A stretch of 63,490 bases of DNA, filler included, from Hausera hauseri (taxonomy: Eukaryota), in the NCBI GenBank assembly GCA_046269625.1. It is 11 parts of 11 records of this genome, joined end to end, with 100 filler letters (N's around TTAATTAATTAA, not from the genome) between each part and the next. Parts side by side here need not be neighbours in the genome. Positions count along the whole stretch, not along the records: positions 1 to 4,053 come from JBJURY010791979.1; positions 4,154 to 8,860 come from JBJURY010467467.1; positions 8,961 to 14,163 come from JBJURY010308498.1; 8 more parts are not named here. One strand, 5' to 3'. Shown one piece after another: positions 1 to 12,179 of this stretch (positions within the stretch are counted from its first letter, which is position 1; each line of letters begins with the position of its first letter). The notes under the pieces were generated by a model, which saw only the letters and a program-made list of their open reading frames with translations, was not told the DNA's origin and did no database searches. Made by a program: the position numbers and the translations under genes.

Positions 1-41
1 TGAGCCTATTGAATTAATCATTCAAGTGGATTTGGATCGGG

Positions 42-422
42 ATGATTGGGACAAGTAAGATAGCGAATATCCCGTATGAGGCAAATTTGAGACAAGGATA
101 CGCAATTTTGGACAATAGAAACTGCCGTCATAAATACTGTCGAGACTGTCTGGAGAAGTGGACACTCGACAATGGAAAAACAACCTATCCAGTATGCAGG
201 GCAGAAGCCACCGAGTTAAAATATTACTCCAACGGGAGCTATACCCGCATTGTTCGGATTAAACCTTATGACAGTTACAGCCTGGAGACGAATCCTGTAA
301 TACGTCGAGAACGGCAGAACTCACCATCAGACCTAAACGAAAGGATGGATGAAACGTTGGGCGCCATCTCTTCTGACGCAGTGGGCTCATCCGAAGATGC
401 CGCTCAGGGAGGACAGATGTAG
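42..422 (+). CDS. RING-finger-like ORF (degenerate) at the 3' end of an LTR retrotransposon
   Basis: CRHKYCRDCLEKW...TYPVCR matches the C-x-H-x2-C-x2-C...(C)PxCR half of a RING domain, with one Cys replaced by Tyr. It ends at the putative PPT/LTR junction. Confidence 0.6.
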   Translation: MIGTSKIANIPYEANLRQGYAILDNRNCRHKYCRDCLEKWTLDNGKTTYPVCRAEATELKYYSNGSYTRIVRIKPYDSYSLETNPVIRRERQNSPSDLNERMDETLGAISSDAVGSSEDAAQGGQM

Positions 423-1086
423 AAATATTGGGTAGAAAATATTGATTATGCTGCTAATAAAAGAACAGCTGGTAGGAACCGTAATTGCAAATATATATTT
501 GGTAGTATATGTAAGATATTAGAAATTTCCAGCTGGTTATAAATACATATTAAAACAGCACATATTGTATATATTGAAAATATGTCAATAAAACTGAAAT
601 AAATGAATTCATATTGTTTCATGGCTGAGACGAAACGACTATATAAACAATCGTTAGAAACGAGAAAGCAGAAATCAGTTAGCGACTTAGGCTCGCAAAT
701 CATCAAAACCAGTAACTTATCGATAGACGTTCTAAAGACTATTTCCGTTTAATCGAATTGATTATTGTAAAGTTGAGCAGTTCAATAAAGGTTATTATTT
801 TCGTTGTGTTAAAATCTATAGTTTTCCATCGTCTCTTAAAGACGATTTGTACTACCCTAAGGCAAAATATCACTTAACGTTAAATAGATAAGACGAGATT
901 TTGTAATTTGAGACATGCAGACTAACGCACGCAGTACCTTCAAATCAGCTAACTTTTTTAACATTTAATAAGGCACAAGCAGATTACTCGAGAACGAGTA
1001 ATCCTAACCTGCTGCTAAAGCGATATAAATTTGGTATAAATATTGTTATAGTGGGAGACGCTTAGGGCCACCCCAACTATAACACA
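418..1086 (+). repeat. Putative LTR between an upstream PPT and a downstream PBS
   Basis: Purine tract AGGGAGGACAGA precedes TGT at 418. TATA-like CTATATAAA at ~639, AATAAA at ~784. Ends ...AACA(CA) just before TGG at 1089. Confidence 0.65.
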
Positions 1087-1088
1087 TT

Positions 1089-1106
1089 TGGTGACCCTAG
1101 CAGGAC
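1089..1106 (+). promoter_or_regulatory. Primer-binding site (TGGTGACCCTAGCAGGAC; tRNA-Arg- or tRNA-Trp-like)
   Basis: TGG start a few nt after the LTR end and upstream of gag. The tRNA identity is inferred and ambiguous. Confidence 0.6.
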
Positions 1107-1254
1107 AGTTTGTGCCTCGCTAGACTTGACTCTTGAGAAACCAATTAACGACATACCGGCGAATAGAGCCATCTACATCAAGTAATTGATATAATAGGAA
1201 TCGAACTTTAAATTTTGGGGTTATAAGTCTATAGAAGGGAATAAGTAAATTGAA

Positions 1255-3243
1255 TTGAGAGCAAATATTGATAATCTCAAATTGAATCAAAAATCATTAG
1301 TAAACGGTCAACAGGAACCAAATCAAAGAGAGACAAGGAATAGACTTTATACGGAAGATAAGATAATAGATAAGCACTTTCTTTCCGATACCGAATTAAA
1401 CTCTGTTAAGGAATTTAAATTTCCTCATAGAACTAAGATAGACAAAACGAATAAAATTAAAATAACAACAGATAATCCAGTGATAACTCAGAAACTTAAT
1501 ATATTTACGTTCGACTCGTTAAATTTACCCGCATAAGACGGAGACCCGGTTGGGCTAAATAATTTTTTAAGGAATTACAAATTTCATGCAGAAGGTGCAG
1601 GTCTTGCAACCGAAATCATGATAATACGATTATCATTATATCTAAAAAACTTGGCTGCAGATGCCTATAGTGAATTAAATAATGAAGAGAAGAAATCATG
1701 GTCCTATGTAGTAGGAGCTTTGAATCGTATATTATTGCCGACAGTTACGCCACAACAGAAGCTGATGGCTTTTCAGAATAGAACGCAACGAAAAGACGAA
1801 TCGGTTACTCAATTCGCATTCGCGCTTAAGAAACTTGCCAATAGCTACGTAAGCACGTTAATAATAGCTAATGCTGCAAAGGCAAAGACAGAGACAGAAC
1901 GAGAAGCGGCAGAAAAAGCTAGTCCACCAGATTTAGATGTCATGATGACAACGCAGCTAATAAACGGCATATGGTCCAGAGATTTAGTGAAGCAACTGAT
2001 TTTGGCTCGACCAGACAGTTTCAAAACTGCATTGCAGCTAGCTCAAAATTTAGAAATGGCCTTAGATAAGTATGCCAGACAGAATGAGAGGTATGACCGA
2101 AATAATGATTGTGACAATCGTGAGAGAAAAGGGAACAATAGAAGATTTAACGAAAATAATAAGGACCGAGGCTATGAAAATAGAACTCAAAACGCCTCCA
2201 GTCGCAATATGAAATATGATAATAGGAATTTCAATGATAATCGGTATACATATAATCCTTATATCAAAACAGGTTATAATCCAGAAAGAAATTAGAATAA
2301 TGACTGAACTAATAAAAACCGATATATAGATAATCGGAGTTTTGAAAATAGAAATGGCGGATTCGATAAACAAGCTCAAGGCAAAACAATGGATAGACAA
2401 AAATCACCAGTAAATGAAGACGGAAGACAAAGGATCGGTCGAGACGGAAATCTAATTTGTTATTCATGTGGTAAGGAAGGACATATAGCTAGATCATGCC
2501 CTAATCCACGGAGTGTATCATTTGCAGAGACTAGTAAAGCTAGCACAATAAAAGATAATTTGGAAGGAATCTACGGAAAACGAGGTGACATAAGCATGAT
2601 TATTGAGATGCAGGACTTACGAAGGTATGTAAGAAATATGGGCGAATCTAATAATCCACAAGTAATCAAGGCTAGGAAGGAATACGAAGAAAAGTTGCAT
2701 CAAATGGAAGTTTATCATGGATTAAGAGAACCAACAACAGAATACAAAAAGGCTATAGCGCCTAAGAATACTAATATGGCCAGAAAGAAAAACCTAAATC
2801 CAGTTGCAAAGCCAACTACGCCTCCAAATATAGATTTGGATGCAGATACCGAGGTTGCGCCTAAAGATAAGAACAAAGTAACATTTGATCTTGAAGTTGC
2901 ACCTCAAGATAAAAACAAAGCAACAGATGAGGTTGAAAGCGAATTTATTGGCCCACTGCTACTTAAGATAACGAAAAATAGAGGTAGAAGCCCCTCTCTT
3001 AGGAGAAGGTCAAGAACTCGCTCGAGATCACCTATCAAGAAGGATATAGAAAAAGAGGAAGATTTCACTATCACTCTAAGAGATGAAACGGAGTTAAACA
3101 CTCCTGTGAGACTACAAGACGTTCCGGAAGTAACCAACAATCTGAACATTGATGAAATAAATGAGATACGTCCGTTACCATCCACTGAGGAGGAATCAAA
3201 AGAGAAAGAGTCTATTAAATGTGTGAAGATTAGAAAATCTTAG
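1255..3243 (+). pseudogene. gag: Ty3/Gypsy gag (capsid + CCHC zinc knuckle), broken by in-frame stops
   Basis: ORFs 1255-1536, 1618-2295 and 2389-3243 share one frame. Capsid motif RTQRKDESVTQFAFALKKLA; knuckle CYSCGKEGHIARSC. Confidence 0.88.
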
Positions 3244-4053
3244 AAAAATTCGAATGAGCTAACAGAAATAAGAGACACTTTGAACGATCCCGGAAGATTA
3301 ACAGAATTTACAAAAATTGCAGCAAATAAGCAAGCAGTTAGACATTTCAGGAAAAGAACAACAATTCATAGAAAAATTATATAAGAAGCTAAAAACCGGC
3401 CTCCCGAAAGGAGAAGAAGGCACACCACACGAACTGCAAAAAGTGCCACAAGATTTGATGACAAGTTGCAGAAATAAATTAGAATTGTGGACAAGGAGTG
3501 ATATTGATTTTACGAAAATATGGTGGAATAAAAGCGAACCGTTTCTCAAGCAAATTAATAAAGCGCAAGGATTGCTAAATACACTAAAGGGTAACCCAAG
3601 ACTAAAACGCGTAAGGCGTAATTTAGAAAGATTGATGCATGAAATAGAAGAAGCGATAATTTCTTATCTTCATTATAAGCCAGTGTACGAATTCACTGAT
3701 GCCGACCTAGAGATACTGAGTATAGACCAAACCGATATTTTCTTTCTAGTGGAAATGTGCAGCTTAATAAAGGATAAACCTCAGAAATATCCAGATTTAA
3801 AAATACGTATCGAAAGAAAATATGAAATACAAGCCAAAATGAACGACTTAAAGATTGGTATAGTTCACTTTGAAAAAGTAAAGTACAAAGAATAATACGT
3901 GCCTGTCTCCTCGAACTAGATGAGTATAAAGAGGAATTCAACTACACGAGACAAATTTTAGAATTCATACGAGGACCAGATCATGAACTAGAAGTTTTTG
4001 AGGCCATAGACGAAATTATATATGCTAAACCAGAAATATCTAAACAATTGGAG
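3244..4053 (+). pseudogene. Long helical extension or extra ORF after gag, function unknown
   Basis: The 192-aa ORF 3317-3895 plus flanking coding-like sequence. No protease motif before the contig ends. Same position as 60742-61780 in contig 11. Confidence 0.5.
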
Positions 4054-4153
4054 NNNNNNNNNNNNNNNNNNNNNNNNNNNNNNNNNNNNNNNNNNNNTTA
4101 ATTAATTAANNNNNNNNNNNNNNNNNNNNNNNNNNNNNNNNNNNNNNNNNNNN
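4054..4153. other. Artificial contig-joining spacer (44 N + TTAATTAATTAA + 44 N); identical spacers at 8861-8960, 14164-14263, 20449-20548, 25052-25151, 31451-31550, 35776-35875, 39845-39944, 45360-45459, 53302-53401
   Basis: Ten identical 100-nt blocks. TTAATTAATTAA puts stop codons in all six frames, and content changes abruptly at each spacer. Confidence 0.98.
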
Positions 4154-4299
4154 ATAATGACGATAAGTAAATGATGACTAGGCAATATGTGTACATGGTT
4201 TTCATTATTTTGCTCAAGTTTATCGAATCTTTCATTAACGTTTCTTTCTAATTGCTGCAATGCTAACAAAACCGACATCATCGACAACACCGGCGACTG

Positions 4300-5260
4300 A
4301 GAGGCGACGTGGGGTTCGATCTGCATCATCCCGTCGGGTATACTGGCGTCAACAAACTGGCAAAGACTGTCAAACAGACTCGGCAAGAGACACGACGTTG
4401 GCTCGGGAAACCGTTAGCATACAGCTTAAACAAACCGATAAGAAAGCGGTTTCTAACTCGTGCATACCGTGCTGCAGGTGCAGATAATGTATTGCCAAAG
4501 GATCTAATTAAAATTATTCCGTGCGCCAGCATCAACGACTAGTATCGTACGTGCTGACACGTATTGATGAGATTGCCGACGCTCTTCGCATACTAACTGA
4601 ACAACAGCTGTCGAAACATTTACAAACGTATTTGGGCAAAAAATTTTACAACTTCCATGTCGCATTGGTTTTGAGGTGGTTAGGTGCAAACCATTACTCG
4701 GTGCTTACACAATACAAGGCTGCACACGCAGAACGATTTACTCGAACCCTACACAACCGACTGAAAAAAATTTTTACCAAACAGGGCAATAAATGTAGCG
4801 TAGATGTACTACCAGATATCATCCACGCATAAAATTATTCGACACACCGCGGCATCAACAGATTACACCCGGTTGGTTTAAACGATGATTTGGACATGTG
4901 GCTTTATCAAAGTCGAAGGCAACGACGACGACGACCAATAAAAGGTCGTTCCAAGTATAAAATCGATGATTATGTACGTATTCCAAAGCTGAGTACGACA
5001 CCATTTATTAAGAATTTGAATCAGAATTGGAGCCATGAGGTTTTCCGAATTTCAGCAATCAACACAAAACAATCACCAATTATGTACGTTTTGGAAGATG
5101 AGAATGGTGAGGAGATACTTAGTAAATTCGACGAACAGGAACTGAAGATACTGTCAGAGAAATTATACGTTAACGCGGCAAAGGTTCGAATAAACAATAT
5201 CTCGTCAAGTGGTATGGATATATCAAACCCAGCTGGATATTTGAATCGCAGATTGAATGA
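4300..5260 (+). pseudogene. Polinton/Maverick (adintovirus-like) retroviral-type integrase with C-terminal chromodomain-like region
   Basis: GYTGVNKL, KAAHAERFTRTL, KYKIDDYVRI, NWSHEVFRI, and QYLVKWYGYIKPSWI near 5200-5250. Several frameshifts. Confidence 0.85.
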
Positions 5261-6298
5261 GCATTTACTTGGTACTGGATAGTGAAAAGTCATCATCAGA
5301 GAATGAAAACAATACAGCTGAACGGTTTACCATGGACTTTTAGCAGGAGCTCGAATTACGCACGAGAACCTAGGAAGTGGCTCTTACAGAATTCACATTT
5401 ACATTTTCACCCAAATAAATACCTGAGAAAAGCGGTATTAACTTTATCCGACTAGGAAAATACCATGTTCGAAGCCATTTACAGTTAATCCGAGACTCTA
5501 ACAAATATAGCTTTCGTAATTATCCGCGATACAATTTCTTGGTTTATGCTTATTTTTCAAACTACCGTATAAAACTACCACATTGACATCCCAAGGAATT
5601 GCAGTTTGAATTCACAGTTGCTGCATAGGCATGGGGTTTTTAGTCAGTCAATGTACGCACGAAAGGTCTACGGCTAGATAGACATGTTATAATTGGTGAA
5701 AAATATAAACGTCCCTCTAATGTGACAACCGCAGTTGTAGTGAACTGCATAAGGTCAGAATCAGTCTTTCGCTCGTATATTGTACCATATGACTTATTCA
5801 TGGAAACCAAAATGGAATTGTGCGAATACGTCAAGAAAACGGCTACATTAGCTGTAAAGACGTGAAATAATCTCAGATGGTCATATTTCGCTTACACTAC
5901 ATGACAATGTAACATATTTTACACTTGATGAATTATTGGCTCGGAATATGGGTTTTTCAAAACGCGAATTCTATCAAACAATTGTTGGACAATCTATTGT
6001 TCCCAAATACAAACCGTAACTCTATGGATCATTTCATAGAATCAACATTTTAACTGACTGAACCGAATCCGTACTCGTTGGTGGAGAACTTAAACAACTA
6101 CTGGCTTCTATCGAACTGGATTCTGGCACGTACAAAACATCGGGTGAAACTGTTCGCGTTAATATGTACTTATCATTGTCTCACAATACTGTGCACAGTA
6201 CTTCCGTGTATATGCTTGAGGAATTTTGGGAACTCATTAAATTTCTGTTTGGGTCAACGACACATTTGACGTTACATTTACGACGTCGTCGTCGATAA
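5257..6298 (+). pseudogene. Polinton minor capsid (penton-like) gene, copy 1, degraded
   Basis: Starts MSIYLVLDS...NNTAERF...*EVALTEF and ends THLTLHLRR. Its ATG overlaps the integrase stop (ATGA). Confidence 0.65.
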
Positions 6299-6337
6299 TA
6301 AACAAACTACATAAACATCATTGTCATCATTGTGAAT

Positions 6338-7406
6338 ATGACTATTTACATGGTGTTGCCGAGCAACAGTTGCCCAAAGACTCGTCTCAAAAATTCAGCC
6401 AGTAAATATGTTGTAGGTTCGGACAATCCTTTGGATTTTTCAGGAAAACGGGAGGCTGCACTGACTAAATTTAACTTTCCCTAAGCATCGGTGACATTAA
6501 AAGGTAATACGAAAATAACGTACTACAAGACTGTTACTAAAACCAAAATACATTCTTGTCCTCTGACACTTACTAACAACAAACAGTTGGAGAATCGACC
6601 ATTTACATGATCGAAGAAAATTACGGTTTACACAGAAAAATTGGTGTTTGTATTTCAGGTCAAAACTTACATTTTATGGCAGATTTTGAAATCACTGTTA
6701 CCTTTGAGTCCTCTAAGATGGCGCAGAAATTTGGATATAAAAATACAGAGTACGAAGGTAAACATATTAAAAGTGAATATATAGTTGCTCCAAGATGAAG
6801 TCCCGTATATTACCAGACAACAGTGAAATTTACATATACAAGACAAAGGGTGTCAAAATCATACGTATCGATTGGAGACAATGTCTATAGCGAATCTGTA
6901 GCACATCAATGTCAGCACTTTTCACATCAAAAGTACAAGGCGATATTTAAAGTTTTCGAGTCAGATGCAAGTGGATACGTTAAATTTGAACTGCCTTAAG
7001 GATATTTTAGACATTTCATTGGACAAAGCTTTAACCATAGTATTGGGTTTTGAAAAACATCGGTTTAAGACATCGAATACGATAACGGCACATGTTTGCA
7101 ACACTTAAATCCAAATTGAAAACAGGTCTAAGTAAAACGTACATTTACGTGAGTGTTACCGAACCGATCTTAATAGGTGTAGTACGTGTACCGCTAATTC
7201 GTGCAATTTATCTGAAAAGCAGCAAGTATACTGCTGGTGACAATGTCACTGTCAAGCTCGATAATCCAATGTACCTACCTGTGGCAACTATATCTATAAG
7301 CTATGTTGAAGTTAATATCAGATGTTTTCTTATTGAATTTCCGTACGGTATCACAACCAGTCTAACACTTGATTTCCGTCGAATCCAACAACAACAAAAT
7401 GATTGA
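6338..7406 (+). pseudogene. Polinton minor capsid (penton-like) gene, copy 2, degraded
   Basis: MTIYMVLPSNSC...NSASKY...EAALTKF; YIYVSVTEPILIGVVRVPLIRAI; NPMYLPV; TSLTLDFRR. Confidence 0.8.
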
Positions 7407-7755
7407 TTCTGAAATTAATTCCATTTACAGTAAACCCCAGCAAGGCCATGAATTGCCGCATTTCGTCGGAAAACAGTACGGTTCTGAATAGCTGCGTGCA
7501 TTGGCACGTTTAGCATTTCCAGTGTTGAAGCGTACTGGAGCCGTGGCATCAAAAACATCACAGGACGCACTATATGAAAATAAATCTATTTTACCATCAC
7601 TGAAGGAACGCGCCTTGAACGAAATAAAAGGTGCTGCATCGGGAATCGTTGAATCGATCAAAAAACAATTCGCTGGTAGTGGCTTGAGAAAACGTGGTAG
7701 ATCAACTAGCTTTTCAACTATAAACAAGCGTCATCGTCGTATGATTTTCGATTGA
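7399..7755 (+). pseudogene. Small basic Polinton protein between penton and major capsid (candidate core or membrane-active protein)
   Basis: QYGS(G)-type motif followed by the amphipathic LARLAFPVLK, then an AGSGLRKR basic tail. One internal stop. Confidence 0.55.
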
Positions 7756-7762
7756 CAGACAA

Positions 7763-8735
7763 ATGGCATCTGTAAAATTTGACTTGTGTATATTCGACAA
7801 AGCCGCAGCACAAGTTGTTATTGATAATGCGGCATTTGAAGAAATCTATCCCGTTGATTCTGTTTCAACGGACGATAACATTGCCATTCATTTTAACATT
7901 ATGGCATCGGACAATGAATACCTGGATTTGAATGACACGCTACTGTACGTAAAAGTCTTTGTCAGAAAGGATGCATCAACGGTTCTCGCTGCAACAGACA
8001 CTGTAACCCCGGCCAATTAGTATTTCCTCACACTGTTCCAGGAGGCTTCACAGACTCTAAACAACATCAAAATCGAAGGCAACGCCAGTATATACAATAT
8101 CAAAGCACTCATTGAAATGGCTCTGAATTACAGTGCAGACGCAAAAACGACTCATTTGAGAAAAATCATCGGATACGATGCCACAGCGGCAAACCGTCAG
8201 GTATGGGTGGCAGAATCAAAAGCACTTACAATGTGTGGACCTCTGTGCTTGGACTTTTTCGATCAGCCGAAATACTTACTGCCCGGCGTTAAAGCCATGA
8301 TTCGGCTCAAATGCAGCGTCAATGTATTTTGTTTGAAAACCGCCGTTGCAAATCTTAAACACATACTGCAAATTACCGAGGCATGATTCTACGCTCGTCG
8401 CCTAAAGGTGGAAGTATCTGTGCTTATGGGACATCGATTGGGCTTGGAAACACAACATTCCTGTTACCCATTACAACGCAGAGAACTCGTTTTTTACATC
8501 ATATCCAAATGTTCGACAACGTTTTACAAGGATGCACTGTTTGATAATTGCCGAAATTTGTGCTCCTTACATTTCAAACGACTGCTCAACAAACGTACAG
8601 TTATACCAGCGATTCGGAAATGTTTACCATTAGAAATGTGAATTACATCAGTTTGAGTAAGAATGCGGATTTTGTTGAGACATACAAGCAGGATTTCGAG
8701 ACCGGCGATTACGTCGGCGATTACGTTTTGCTTCA
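7763..8735 (+). pseudogene. Polinton major capsid protein (double jelly-roll), degraded and truncated
   Basis: FDLCIFD...EEIYPV...IHFNI...EYLDLNDTLLYVK; GPLCLDFFDQPKYLLPGV; PKFVLLTF. Confidence 0.85.
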
Positions 8736-8960
8736 TTGTCAATACACACACTTCATCGTTGCCGGGCAAACATCAGATTGCTGTGTGCGTCCATCCGACC
8801 GTCATCAGAGTATTCCATCCGCTCGGATTTTACTCTCAGTCATCGTTAGTTTCTCAAATTNNNNNNNNNNNNNNNNNNNNNNNNNNNNNNNNNNNNNNNN
8901 NNNNTTAATTAATTAANNNNNNNNNNNNNNNNNNNNNNNNNNNNNNNNNNNNNNNNNNNN

Positions 8961-9160
8961 AATTCTGGTAAAGTCGCTTTTCTTAAGTGTACTGGTGATG
9001 GTTTCGGTCGTTTTCGGCAGATTTTAGTATGGTTTTGGGTCCAAGTTGGTCATGGAAGAGGTAAATTTTCTGTTAAAGTCGCGTATCTTAAGGGTGTTGG
9101 AGGTGGTTTAGTTCGAGCTTAGTTCGAGACGTGTTGTCTTGAAAGGTCTTGGTCAGTAAT
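8961..9160. repeat. Two diverged copies of the ~106-bp satellite unit
   Basis: The TTCTG(G/T)TAAAGTCGC...GGTTT motif recurs at ~8963 and ~9068, the same unit as 10318-11650. Confidence 0.7.
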
Positions 9161-9529
9161 GCTTATGATCCACCCCTATAGGTTAACCACTCAGTTAGAA
9201 GAAGCAACATGTCATATGTCTTCCCGGTCTTATGTTTAATATTTCCTAATATAAGGTATATAACACCGTGGAGATATTGGGAGGTCTTGGGCACTAATAA
9301 TGATGATCCGCTACACTCTATTGCCGATCGTAAGAAGAAACCTGTATCGTCCCACCAGTTTCACATGTCAAAGATGGAGGTGTTGGAAAGCCTCGTTCAC
9401 TAAACGCCACGGCACATGATGCTAGTGACTAGCATACTGATGACGTTACATTGATTACCTTTTACCCCCACCATCTTGGTCCAGGCTTTTTCCCCTTGTT
9501 CCCTCGTTTTTTTCTTCTTTACGCTATAG

Positions 9530-10060
9530 TCTCGACCAAGCTCTTCTGATCCCATGCTCCCTACAGCCAAAGGTCTCGATCACTACAGTGATGATGGTCC
9601 ATCGCTCGGGTCCCTTTCAAAGCTCCTATAGCGTCGGAAGGTTTTGGGCTCCACTCACTATAGACTTACAGCGCTCCTATGCTCCATCGTCCTCACACCA
9701 CCAAGCTCCTCTGCTCCGCCAGCCTCCTACAGCGCAATTCAGAAGGTCTTGGTCAATAGTGATGATGGACACTGGATTCCTACAGCTTCGTAAGGTCTTG
9801 GGATCCATTGGCTATAGGCTTACAGCTCCCATGCTCCATCATCTTCTTTCAACCATCTCCTCTGCTCCCATGCTCCATTGTCTTCTTTCAACAACCTCCT
9901 CTGCTCCCATGCTCCATTGTCTTCTTTCAACAACCTCCTCTGCTCCCATGCTCCACCATCTTCCTGCCACCAAGCTCCTCTCCTCTGCCAGCTTCCTACA
10001 GACCAAAGGTCTTGGTCACTAGTGGTGATAGACCCTGACTATAAAGTCTCACTAGTTATT
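9530..10060. repeat. C/T-rich minisatellite cluster (39-bp core CCTCTGCTCCCATGCTCCATTGTCTTCTTTCAACAACCT)
   Basis: Units start at ~9859, 9898 and 9937, flanked by degenerate copies. Confidence 0.85.
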
Positions 10061-10317
10061 ATGAACACTGCTTTCATGGCATCAGGACGCCACCAAAGTC
10101 CTATACAAACGCCACTGTGGTATTTTCTTCTTTGCGCTATCGAAAGGCCAGTGTATAGCACCCCTGCCGCTTGCCAACCACGCAATCTGCCCCCGTGACC
10201 TGATGACCTCAAGCCCCCATCGCCCGGTGCCCCAATGACCCCGAGTCCCCGTTCACCCACGCCCGCCGGCCGTGCTCCAGGTTTTTTCTTCTTTACCCTA
10301 TATAAAACGCCACTAGT

Positions 10318-11650
10318 CATAATTTTCAAGTGTGCTTTCGGTGGTTTAGTTCGACTTCATCGCACTTGAGCATGTCTTTGGGAGCGAGTCGTGGCATAGC
10401 AGGATACTATTTTCTGTTAAAGTCGCATTTCTCAAGTGTGCTGTCGGTGGTTTAGGTCGACTTCCTCGCGTATGAACATGTCTTTGTGAGCGAGTCCGGG
10501 CATGGAAGGGTGATATTTTCTGTTAAGGTAACGTTTCTTAGAGTGCTCACCGTGGTTTAGGTCGGCTTCATCGCGCTTGTGCGTGTACTTGGGAGCGAGT
10601 CAGGGCATGGAAGGGTGATATTTTCTGTTAAATTCGCGTTTCTCAAGTGTGCTGTCGGTGGTTTAGGTCAGCTTCATTGCGTTCATGCATGTCTTTGGGA
10701 GCGATTTGGGGCAAGGAAGGGTGATATTTTCTGATAGTCGCGTTTCTCAAGTGGGCTGTCTGTGGTTTAGGTCGTCTTCATCGTGCTTGAGCATGCCTTT
10801 GGGAGCGAGTCGGTGCAAGGAATGGTTGTATTTTCTGTTAAAGTCGTATTTTTCAAGTGTGCTTTCGGTGGTTTAGGTCGACTTCATCGCGATTGCGCAT
10901 GTCTTTGGGAGCGAGTGGTGGCATAGTAGGATTATATATTCTGTTAAAGTCGCGTTTCTCAAGTGTGCTGTCGGTGGTTTAGGTCGACTTCCTAGTGTAT
11001 GAACATGTCTTTGGGAGCGAGTCGGGGCATGGAAGGGTGATATTTTCTTTTAAATTCGCGTTTCTCAAGTGGGCTATCGGTGGTTTAGGTCGTCTTCATT
11101 GCGCTTCAGCATGTCTTTGGTAGCGAGTCGGTGGCAAGAAAGGGCAATATTTTCTGTTAAGTTTGTGTTTCTTAGAGTGCTCGCGGTGGTTTAGATTGGC
11201 TTCCTCGCATTTTAACATGTCTTTGGGAGATAGTTGGGGCATAGAAGGGTGATATTTTCTGGTAAGGTTGTGTTCTTAAGGTGATAGTGGTGGTTTAGCT
11301 CGTCTTCATCAGACTTGTACATGTCTTTGGGAGCCAGTGGAGGCAATGAAGGGTGATATTTTCTGTTAAAGTCTCGTTTCTCAAGTGTGCTGTCTGTGAT
11401 TTAGGTCAGCTTCCACGCTTTTGAACATGTCTTTGGGACCGAAACGGGGCATTAAAGCGACATATTTTTTTCCTTTTAGGTCGTGTTTCTTAAGGGTGAT
11501 GATTGTGGTTTAGGTCGTGTACTTCATGTTTAGTGCCATGTCAGCTCATTAAATGGGCAAATTTGCTGTTTAGGGTGGGTATCACAAGGGTTCTTGAAGG
11601 TGATTTAAGTCGGCTTCTTCATGCCTATGCATACTTATGGGAGCAAGTGT
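10318..11650. repeat. Tandem satellite, ~106-bp unit, about 12 diverged copies
   Basis: TTTTCTGTTAAAGTCGC-like anchor at ~10410, 10516, 10622, 10727, 10832, 10938, 11044, 11151, 11256 and 11358. Confidence 0.92.
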
Positions 11651-12179
11651 CGACAGTTTTCATGTTGATGACTTTGTCATATCAGCGACTTTTCATGTTA
11701 ACAACTGACATGTCGCCATTTCTCGTGTCATCAACTTTCAAGACCACGACTTTGGTACATTGGTAAATTTTATCATACAAACAATCTTCCAAGTCTCAAG
11801 TTTTCATGTTAAGATTTTTTTCACCACAACAAACTTTCATGTCGACAAACTTGAGTTCCACAACGTTCACGTCAACGACTTTTGGGTCATCAACTTGCAT
11901 GTCGGTGACTTTGGTATGTCGGCGACTTTCCACGACTCAATTGTTTTAATGTTAAGGTTTTTCACATCGTCAAATTGTCGTGTCAACAAGCTTAATGTCG
12001 ACAGTTTTGTTATGTTTACAACAATTATGTTTTTAATTGTATTCATGTCAGCGGCTTTGTCATGTCGGATTGCCGGCAAGTTTTCATGTTGGCATCTTTT
12101 CGTGTCTCAGACTTTTCACTGCACTTTTAAGAAGTCCCTCTCGGACGAGAAGACACATTGCAACAGGTCCCGATGCGGA

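Noticed and set aside
2062-2400. Hydrophobic Ile-rich antisense ORF, and similar antisense ORFs over gag, pol and Rep
   Set aside because: Shadow frames of Asn/Arg-rich or A-rich sense coding sequence.
4054-4153. Recurrent TTAATTAATTAA palindrome inside N runs, and ORFs ending in ...XXXLIN
   Set aside because: Artificial six-frame-stop linker, not biological.
10318-11650. Regularly spaced repeats resembling a CRISPR array
   Set aside because: The whole ~106-bp unit repeats with no unique spacers, there are no cas genes, and the context is eukaryotic. It is a satellite.
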